A stretch of DNA of 64,000 nucleotides from a virus. The notes below the pieces were generated by a model, which searched no databases, was not told where the DNA came from, and saw nothing but the letters and a program-made list of their open reading frames with translations. The position numbers and the translations under genes were made by a program. Each line of letters starts with the position of its first letter. Position 1 is the stretch's first letter. This document shows, piece by piece, positions 58,622-64,000 of this stretch. The DNA is taken from the IMG/VR virus record IMGVR_UViG_3300044568_003939. One strand, 5' to 3'.

Positions 58622-59200
58622 ATGAAAATTAAAGAAATTAAATCAATAGGGCGGCAAAAAGTATATGACCTTAGCGTTAAAGATGCTGAACACTATATTC
58701 TTAAGAATGGTGTTGTGACGCATAACACCGGCATCATGTATAGTGCGGACAATGTTTGGATTATTGGTCGCCAACAAGATAAAGATGGTACTGAAATTCA
58801 AGGCTATCACTTTGTAATCAATGTAGAAAAGAGTCGCTTTGTTAAAGAAAAAAGTAAAATTCCAATCAGTGTAAGCTGGGAAGGTGGCGTTCAAAAATGG
58901 AGCGGCCTATTGGATATTGCTATTCTTGGTGGCTATGTTCGCAAGCCAAAGAATGGTTGGTACCAAGCATGGGACATTGCAAAGGATGTTGAGTTGACTG
59001 GTAACCTGCGTGCTGCTCAAACCATGACTAAAGAATTCTGGGAGACTGTATTTAAGAATACTGACTTTGCGGAATATCTCAAAAACAAGTATACCATCGG
59101 CCTGCGCGACATGATGAATGACGTTGAAGTTGATCTTGATCGCGTTCCTGAGAGTGCAATCACCTTTGAAGAATCGCCTGATACACAAACAGATGACTGA
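58622..59200 (+). CDS. uvsX: 35-aa C-intein + UvsX C-extein
   Basis: MKIKEIKSIGRQKVYDLSV...VVTHN, then +1 Thr (58727) TGIMYSADN and EKSRFVKEK; own promoter at 58585-58613. Confidence 0.93.
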   Translation: MKIKEIKSIGRQKVYDLSVKDAEHYILKNGVVTHNTGIMYSADNVWIIGRQQDKDGTEIQGYHFVINVEKSRFVKEKSKIPISVSWEGGVQKWSGLLDIAILGGYVRKPKNGWYQAWDIAKDVELTGNLRAAQTMTKEFWETVFKNTDFAEYLKNKYTIGLRDMMNDVEVDLDRVPESAITFEESPDTQTDD

Positions 59201-59501
59201 GAAAAAAGACTATATTTTTGTCGAAAATGATTTACATAGTGATCAATACTCGATAAAATTATTGTCTGGACGTTGGGCGGGTGTGATCTATACATATGGA
59301 CGCACCCGCCTCACTGAGGACAAAGAAAATGATGTCTTGAAGGTTTCATTTGTCTATAAGATTGAAAGCACTCCAGAAGGGCTGCTTAAGGAATCGCTAG
59401 ACGAAGACTCTGAATTTAAGAATCATATCGGAGACGTATTAAATCATCTATTATCACAAAGCGAATTTAAAATTGGAAACAACGATGCAAAAGAATCTTG
59501 A
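59193..59501 (+). CDS. hypothetical protein at the gp40 position
   Basis: Lies between uvsX and gene 41; GVIYTYG...HIGDVL. Confidence 0.6.
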   Translation: MTEKKDYIFVENDLHSDQYSIKLLSGRWAGVIYTYGRTRLTEDKENDVLKVSFVYKIESTPEGLLKESLDEDSEFKNHIGDVLNHLLSQSEFKIGNNDAKES

Positions 59502-60126
59502 GGAAATAATCATTAAGAACCTGATACAAAATGAAATGTTTACGCGCAAAGCGCTTCCTCATTTAAAACCCGAATACTTTGAAGGACAGCATAAAGTATT
59601 GTATGAATTGATCTTGTCATTTATCAGCAAGTACAACAAGCTGCCAACTAGCAGTGTCCTAGACATTGAATTTCAAAATAGCGACTATGTTAATCGCAAT
59701 GACCATCACGAAGTGCTAAGCAGCATTCGTGATATTGATAGTCCTGCCAGTGTTGACTATGATTGGCTAGTGGACAACACTGAAAAGTGGTGTAAGGATC
59801 GCGCAGTACATCTTGCAATTATGGAAGCCGTTAGTATTATTGACGGCAAAAGCAAAGATCAGACCGAAGGCGCCATTCCAACCATTCTTAGCAATGCATT
59901 GAGCGTTACCTTTGATACAAATGTTGGACATGACTATCTTGAGAATGCTGAAAGCCGCTATGACTTTTATCACAAGACCGAAGATAAGATTGCCTTTGAC
60001 CTTGAAATGCTTAATACCATTACAGGCGGAGGTATTCCTCGCAAGACGCTCAACATTATTTTGGCAGGCTGTGTTCACCCTGAGACTCCAATTCGAGTAA
60101 GGATTCATAAGAAAATTCTTTCTTAG
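59485..60126 (+). CDS. 41: gp41 helicase N-extein + 18-aa N-intein
   Basis: TEKWCKDRA, VGHDYLE and GGIPRKTLNIILAG, then CVHPETPIRVRIHKKILS* from 60070. Confidence 0.92.
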   Translation: MQKNLEEIIIKNLIQNEMFTRKALPHLKPEYFEGQHKVLYELILSFISKYNKLPTSSVLDIEFQNSDYVNRNDHHEVLSSIRDIDSPASVDYDWLVDNTEKWCKDRAVHLAIMEAVSIIDGKSKDQTEGAIPTILSNALSVTFDTNVGHDYLENAESRYDFYHKTEDKIAFDLEMLNTITGGGIPRKTLNIILAGCVHPETPIRVRIHKKILS

Positions 60127-60871
60127 ACCGTCTGCGATCAGGTTGGTAATTGGGTGCTTTTCCTAATTGCCAACCGCGTAAAAGCAATCCGAATATCCTA
60201 TTGGTTTCAATTCTAAATGTTTTCTCTCCGTTATTCACATATTCTTTTCCACCATCTTTCATACCATATTGCCATCCTTCATCAATTTTTTGTTGAATTT
60301 CGGTATTAAGACACCGTGTTATAACATCATTTTTATGAATCCATAATTTACCAATGTGTGATTTTCCACCCAAATGTGCTCTAGCAGATTGCCCTTCCTT
60401 TGAGGCCCAATATGCCCATGGGTTATTAGGTGAAATTATTGAAGCTTTTCCACCAAGTGATGCAAATTTTGAAAAGTTTTCTGGATTATGAATACCTAGT
60501 TTATTTTTGATTTGTGTCTCAATTCCTCTGCGTGATATCTCAGCTCGCTCTTCCTTACCGATTAAAAACATTCCGATCTTATTCTCATAACACCATTTGC
60601 CAACAATACGTCTTTGTTCATATGTTAATTTTGCTCCTAGCATATGCATTGATCGCAAATCATTAACCATACCATGTATTTTCCACAATAAGAAATGTGC
60701 TGCTATATGCTGTCTAATACTAAGGTAAGTAAAATTACTTTCATCTTCTCCACCACCCGCATGACGGGGAATGATATGATGCTTATGTATGTTTGATCCT
60801 TTACAATAATGAATTTTGTTATTTACATTTTCATTACAGATGTTATAATAGATTTGAGCGTAAAATTTCAT
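60056..60871 (-). mobile_element. HNH homing endonuclease (antisense)
   Basis: HKHHIIPRHAGG...N...L..RQHIAAHFLLWKIH; minus-strand late promoter TATAAATA at 60908-60901; probable ATG at 60871. Confidence 0.85.
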
Positions 60872-60924
60872 AAGATTGATTCTTGTTCCAGCTAACATTA
60901 TATTTATACAAATCACACCTTTAT

Positions 60925-62106
60925 ATGACCGAAAAAATTATTAAAATTAAAGAAATTGAAGAGCTCCTGAATGCAGGATACACAATAGAAGTAGATTCAC
61001 CCGATGGGTTTGTTCCGGTATCAGCATTTGTTGACAAAGGAATCTGGGATGAATATGTTTTACTACTTGATAGTGGAAAAGTTATTCGAGTTAATGAAAA
61101 TCACTTGTTTGAAACCATTGACGGATGGCAATACGCAAAAGATTTAGTTCTTAAAAAACAACAGTATCTAACTGAAAATGGATACCAAATTGGTATTGTT
61201 ACAAAAACAGGAAAGCGAATTCCAATCGTTGATATTCAGGTTGAGCATGATAATCATCGGTATTACACTGATGGTGTTTCTTCACATAATACTGGTTGCG
61301 GAAAAAGTTTGGGTATGTGTCATATGGCTAGTGCTGCACTATCAGAAGGTCGCAATGTATTGTATATCACAATGGAAATGGCCGAAGAAAAGATTGCTGA
61401 GCGTATTGATGCCAATCTTTTTGATGTACGTATTGATCAGTTGAAGGACTTGACTAAAGCATCATTCAATACAAAGGTCAAAGGTATCAGCGATAAAACC
61501 AAAGGTAAACTTGTTGTCAAAGAATATCCAACCGCAAGTGCACATGTCGGTCACTTCCGCGCATTGCTACTTGAACTCAAATTGAAAAAGAAGTTTGTTC
61601 CTGACATCATTTATATTGATTATCTAAACATTTGCGCAAGTAGCCGCATGAAAGGATTGAGCGGAAGCGTCAATACATACAGTCTTATCAAAAGTATTGC
61701 TGAAGAGATTCGTGGATTGGCTGTTGAATTTAATGTACCCATCTGGAGTGCAACTCAAGTTACGCGGTCGGGTTTTCAATCGTCAGATATTGAAATTACG
61801 GATACCAGCGAAAGTTTTGGACTACCTGCAACGGCTGACTTGATGATTGCATTTATTCGTACTGAACAACTTGACAAGATGAATCAAATAATGGTAAAGC
61901 AACTCAAGAATCGTTACAATGATCCAACAACCAATAAACGATTTACAATTGGTGTTGATCTAGCAAAGATGAGACTGTATGATGTGAGCGATCCTACCGC
62001 AAATATTATGGCTGATGACTCTTCACACTCTGCTCCGCAAACTCCTTTTGCTGCAGGGCGAACTAATGCTGGTCGTGCTAATAAGTTTGATGATTTTAAA
62101 ATTTAA
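60925..62106 (+). CDS. 41: 122-aa C-intein + gp41 helicase C-extein
   Basis: Block B VNENHLF, IVDIQV and VSSHN, then +1 Thr (61291) TGCGKS, ITMEMAE, IDYL, SATQ and SESFGLPATAD. Confidence 0.93.
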   Translation: MTEKIIKIKEIEELLNAGYTIEVDSPDGFVPVSAFVDKGIWDEYVLLLDSGKVIRVNENHLFETIDGWQYAKDLVLKKQQYLTENGYQIGIVTKTGKRIPIVDIQVEHDNHRYYTDGVSSHNTGCGKSLGMCHMASAALSEGRNVLYITMEMAEEKIAERIDANLFDVRIDQLKDLTKASFNTKVKGISDKTKGKLVVKEYPTASAHVGHFRALLLELKLKKKFVPDIIYIDYLNICASSRMKGLSGSVNTYSLIKSIAEEIRGLAVEFNVPIWSATQVTRSGFQSSDIEITDTSESFGLPATADLMIAFIRTEQLDKMNQIMVKQLKNRYNDPTTNKRFTIGVDLAKMRLYDVSDPTANIMADDSSHSAPQTPFAAGRTNAGRANKFDDFKI

Positions 62107-62126
62107 CTTTATTATAAATAAAGTAT

Positions 62127-63659
62127 ATGTCAAACGTAATAAGTTTTAAAAGTTATTTGGCTGAGGCCTTTTCAAACGCGTCTACAGATAAAGTAGCATT
62201 TCTAATTGCTAAATATCTAAAGAAGAAAACCGGTGTTGTATTGTTTAGATATCCTGGTATTGAAGCATTCAAGAACGGTGATGGAGCAGGTTTTGGTTTG
62301 CGTTTCTATTCTAGCAAAAAGAATGTTTCATTGCGTTTCAACTGGAAGAGTGCTAGTCAAGCCGGCTATTCAAATCTTGCAAGCATTGATTTTTGGAATG
62401 GTAAAACTCCAGCTCCGTTCCACATTGAATTTGATCAGACCGTAAGTATTGTTAAGGTATTGCCACTCGTTGCAGATGCACTTAAAAATAACAGCATTGA
62501 GCTGGGTAAGATTCGTACCATGCCTGATGATGTGCCACTCAACGAAGATTTCAATTATGATTTTTTAGCTGAAGCTGCTAGCCCAGTAGATATTCTTAAT
62601 GATATCTTAGATATGGTTACTGAGCCTTCCTTTGCAAAGGGTAAGGTATATACTAAACACAAGAGTGCTGGTCAGAAGATTTTTGATCAGCTTGAAACCT
62701 CATACCCTGCACTGTTTGTCAAGACTGGCACAAAGTTCACATGGGCTGGTAAGGCAAAGGACATTGAAAAGATTCGTAAAGAACAAGGTGCACTCCTTGA
62801 TGCAACTGGCAGTGTTGAAGCAAAAGTAACGCGTGGCTCTGCTAAAGAAAAGTATGTTATATCTCAAGAGATCAACGCTCTTGAAAGCGATCAAGAGCGC
62901 CTCACCTTTGAAGCTCAATTGTTTGACCTAGAAAATCTAGTTAAAATGACTGTTAGTGGTTCTGCCAATGCATTGTTTGTCAGTGGTAAAGGCGGTGTTG
63001 GTAAAACACATACAACCGAACAAATCCTTAGCAACCTTGGATTGCGTGATGGCGCTGGTTACTTTAAGAATACTGGTAGTGCTAGTGCTGCAGGTTTATA
63101 CTCATTGCTGTTCCGCTATAAGGATAAGATCATCTTCTTTGATGATTCCGACGATGCATTGGGTGATCAAGAAGCACGCAACTTGTTGAAAGCCGCTACC
63201 GATACCAAGAAGATTCGTAAGTTGGTGTGGAACAAAATGGGTAAAAATGTTGTTGATCCTGATGACATGACCGATGAAGAAATTCTTGATGCAGGCTTGA
63301 TTCCGCGTTATTTTGAATTTACAGGTAAAGTTATTTTTATTAGTAACCTTCCATTAAACAAACTTGATCCTGATGGTGCGCTGCGTACTCGTGCGTTCAT
63401 TATCAATATTGATCCAACTGAAGCCGAAATTTATGATTTCATGGATAAAATTGTTGGTAAGATTACTCTTGAGGATGGTCTTGAGCTGGATGATAAAGCA
63501 CGTAAGCACGTTGTTGACCTGTTGCGCAAAGGCAAGAGTCAACAAAGTGCTAACCTTCGCAAACTATCCCGCGGCTTAAACATGAGCGCTGGCGCTATTG
63601 CCAGCGGCGTTGAGATTAGCGATGCTGACCTGTCACGAATGATTGAAACATATGCTTGA
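62127..63659 (+). CDS. late-expressed P-loop (AAA-like) ATPase
   Basis: GKGGVGKT, FFDDSD, IFISN and ALRTR motifs; late promoter at 62113-62120. Confidence 0.75.
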   Translation: MSNVISFKSYLAEAFSNASTDKVAFLIAKYLKKKTGVVLFRYPGIEAFKNGDGAGFGLRFYSSKKNVSLRFNWKSASQAGYSNLASIDFWNGKTPAPFHIEFDQTVSIVKVLPLVADALKNNSIELGKIRTMPDDVPLNEDFNYDFLAEAASPVDILNDILDMVTEPSFAKGKVYTKHKSAGQKIFDQLETSYPALFVKTGTKFTWAGKAKDIEKIRKEQGALLDATGSVEAKVTRGSAKEKYVISQEINALESDQERLTFEAQLFDLENLVKMTVSGSANALFVSGKGGVGKTHTTEQILSNLGLRDGAGYFKNTGSASAAGLYSLLFRYKDKIIFFDDSDDALGDQEARNLLKAATDTKKIRKLVWNKMGKNVVDPDDMTDEEILDAGLIPRYFEFTGKVIFISNLPLNKLDPDGALRTRAFIINIDPTEAEIYDFMDKIVGKITLEDGLELDDKARKHVVDLLRKGKSQQSANLRKLSRGLNMSAGAIASGVEISDADLSRMIETYA

Positions 63660-63665
63660 CCCTCA

Positions 63666-64000
63666 GTGATTAAATTTAGTATATACGGCTGCAGCGCAGA
63701 TAAGCGATTAAAACGTCGCATTGGCGCTGCAGCCGTTTTATTTTTGAAGGCATTGATGCCGCGTAAGCGTAACATAGAAATACGCATCAAGCTGGTCAAG
63801 GATATGTTGACCAATGAAAATACATATGGTGAATGTTATGATTTGGACGCCTCACAACATAATGATTATTATACTATTCGTCTAGACTATAATGATACAG
63901 ATACGCTAATACGTACGCTTGCACATGAGATGATTCATATCAAACAGTTTTCTCGAGGAGAATTGCGAATGTTATATTCAGGATATTGCGCGCGATGGAA
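63666..64000 (+). CDS. HExxH zinc metallopeptidase-like protein, 3' truncated
   Basis: Manual translation from GTG 63666: ...TLIRTLAHEMIHIKQF... Confidence 0.7.
   Translation, partial: MIKFSIYGCSADKRLKRRIGAAAVLFLKALMPRKRNIEIRIKLVKDMLTNENTYGECYDLDASQHNDYYTIRLDYNDTDTLIRTLAHEMIHIKQFSRGELRMLYSGYCARW

Noticed and set aside
1-64000. tRNA or rRNA genes
   Set aside because: No cloverleaf or T-loop signature was seen in the few intergenic gaps; tRNAscan was not run.

Overview
64 kb of a T4-like (myovirus) phage genome, almost all coded on the + strand. In order: head, neck and tail genes gp13-gp23 and gp3; uvsY/uvsW/55/47/46; a vWA + CobS/MoxR pair; replication genes 45/44/62/regA/43; an accessory region (about 37-50 kb) built from repeated promoter cassettes, with RtcB, Pth2 and phosphatases; a DNA-modification cluster (50.4-56.9 kb); then uvsX and helicase gene 41. 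Main points: (1) a hydroxymethylcytosine hypermodification cluster: gp42-type dCMP hydroxymethylase, a putative nucleotide-sugar pathway, a beta-glucosyltransferase-like enzyme, and a C5-methyltransferase-fold protein with an intact catalytic core but degenerate SAM-binding motifs; (2) three genes (terminase, UvsX, gp41) broken by split inteins, each with a different split point and homing endonuclease, including an 18-aa IntN and an IntN fused in frame to its endonuclease; (3) a repeated IHF-like site + TTTACA-N17-TATAAT + GTAAGG leader cassette, and widespread apparently leaderless transcripts; (4) a ROSE-like thermometer upstream of hsp20. All product calls come from motif recognition by eye; no database search or folding computation was run. 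No tRNA, rRNA or CRISPR array was seen.
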